The notes under the pieces were generated by a model that was not told the origin of the DNA, did no database searches, and saw only the letters and a list, made by a program, of their open reading frames with translations. DNA of 64,000 nt, from assembly GCA_045589615.1 (NCBI GenBank), contig JAZNPL010000031.1, positions 38,251 through 102,250 on the forward strand, written 5' to 3'. This DNA comes from Christensenellaceae bacterium. Its GTDB lineage: Bacteria; Bacillota; Clostridia; Christensenellales; Borkfalkiaceae. Shown in pieces: positions 63,067 through 64,000 of this stretch. Positions within the stretch are counted from its first letter, which is position 1. Every line of letters begins with the position of its first letter. The position numbers and the translations under genes are program-made.

Positions 63067-64000
63067 TTAATCTTTATTTTCTTCCCCGTCGGTTTTGTTT
63101 TCTTCAGTTTCTTTTGTTTCGGCTTGTTTTTCACCTTTTTCTTCAACCGTTTCGGGTTTTTCCTTAATAATAACGTTTTCGGCACTGCGATTAAATGGAT
63201 TTTCTTGCAACTTCTTTTCGTTTTCATCCATAAATTCCATAATCTCTGTTACCGATTTACCTTTCATAAGCATTTCAACTTCTTCACTAAAAATGGTTTC
63301 TCTTTCAATCAATAGCCTTGCCATATTTTCAAGAAGTTTCTTGTTTTCAGAAAGTAATTTTCTAGCCTTTTCAAGCCCTTCGTTTACGATACGGCTAACT
63401 TCTTCGTCGATAATCGAAGCAGTCTTTTCACTATAATTAACGTGTGAAGCCATATCTCTACCGATAAATATTTCTCTATCAGAGCCGTATGATATTGGGC
63501 CAACCTTATCACTCATACCCCACTCGGTAACCATAAGTCTAGCACGTTTACTTACTGCTTGAATATCCCCAGAAGCACCTGCCGAAATATCCTGAATTAT
63601 AAGTTCTTCGGCAACTCTACCACCAAGCGTCATAACTATATCGTCTAAAAGTTTTGCTTTTGTGATATGATTATCGTCGCTATCAGGTCTAGTCATAGTG
63701 TAGCCTGCCGCTTGACCACGTGGAATAATAGAAACTTCGTGAACAGGGTCGCAGTTTGGTAAAAGTTTTGCCAAAATTGCGTGTCCTGCTTCGTGGTAAG
63801 CAGTAATACGTTTATCAACGTCGGTAACAATTCTACTCTTCTTTTGTGGACCTATCAATACTTTGTTGATACCTTCGTAAAGGTCAGTATTAGTAATGCA
63901 CTTTCTATTAGCACGGGCAGCCAAAATTGCCGCCTCGTTCAATAGATTTTCTAAGTCAGCACCCGAAAAACCACTAGTCATTCTCGCAACCGTCTTAAAT
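63067..64000 (-). CDS. ftsH: ATP-dependent zinc metalloprotease FtsH, C-terminal part (5' end beyond window)
   Basis: The frame is open to position 64000 (..FKTVARMTSGFSGADLENL). HEAGHA zinc motif. Acidic and Lys-rich tail. Confidence 0.9.
   Translation of the reverse strand, partial: FKTVARMTSGFSGADLENLLNEAAILAARANRKCITNTDLYEGINKVLIGPQKKSRIVTDVDKRITAYHEAGHAILAKLLPNCDPVHEVSIIPRGQAAGYTMTRPDSDDNHITKAKLLDDIVMTLGGRVAEELIIQDISAGASGDIQAVSKRARLMVTEWGMSDKVGPISYGSDREIFIGRDMASHVNYSEKTASIIDEEVSRIVNEGLEKARKLLSENKKLLENMARLLIERETIFSEEVEMLMKGKSVTEIMEFMDENEKKLQENPFNRSAENVIIKEKPETVEEKGEKQAETKETEENKTDGEENKD

Noticed and set aside
63021-63227. A Lys-rich 68-aa ORF overlapping the 3' end of ftsH.
   Set aside because: It is a frame-shifted reading of the Glu/Lys-rich FtsH tail and AT-rich intergenic DNA, and it is low-complexity.

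Overview
This is a 64-kb chromosomal segment from a low-GC Bacillota genome. It looks Clostridia-like: cotF-like, spoVB-like, DUF1540 and DUF421/DUF4363 genes are present, and riboswitches are used heavily. Most of it is densely packed housekeeping DNA, largely on the minus strand. Main blocks in order: lysS-greA; rplI; glycolipid and membrane genes; a THF-riboswitch::folT unit; an aconitase-family plus AllA-like pair; and M-box::mgtE. Next comes a pyrimidine operon (pyrC-carB-pyrK-pyrD-pyrF-HAD-pyrE-pyrB-guaB). It is followed by a ZTP-riboswitch-controlled purine operon (purE-C-F-M-FNT-N-purO-purH-D-L-fhs). The remainder holds rpsF-ssb-rpsR; a lipid kinase; envelope and aminotransferase genes; preQ1::queT; a sipW/TasA-like fibre operon with an XRE regulator; tRNA-Leu(CAA); polA-coaE; SPFH/NfeD; parAB; and the 3' part of ftsH. 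I saw no rRNA, no CRISPR array, no intact mobile element and no recognisable defence system.

The parts I cannot explain with known families are these:
1. At 39.2-39.8 kb there is a tandem pair of promoter-to-terminator structured RNA modules. Their flanks are identical, but their cores differ in sequence and still draw the same helices.
2. Two beads-on-a-string arrays (40.07-40.15 kb and 54.7-54.9 kb) consist of variable short hairpins separated by an invariant ATTTCAC-like heptamer. That motif also resembles the conserved element inside the tandem RNA modules.

There are also several enzyme-level oddities:
- The only purF lacks the N-terminal Cys nucleophile.
- carB has no carA.
- pyrB is fused to only the zinc domain of pyrI.
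- A formate/nitrite-family transporter and fhs sit inside the ZTP-controlled pur operon.

All calls come from reading the sequence and the ORF translations by eye. No database search was run.
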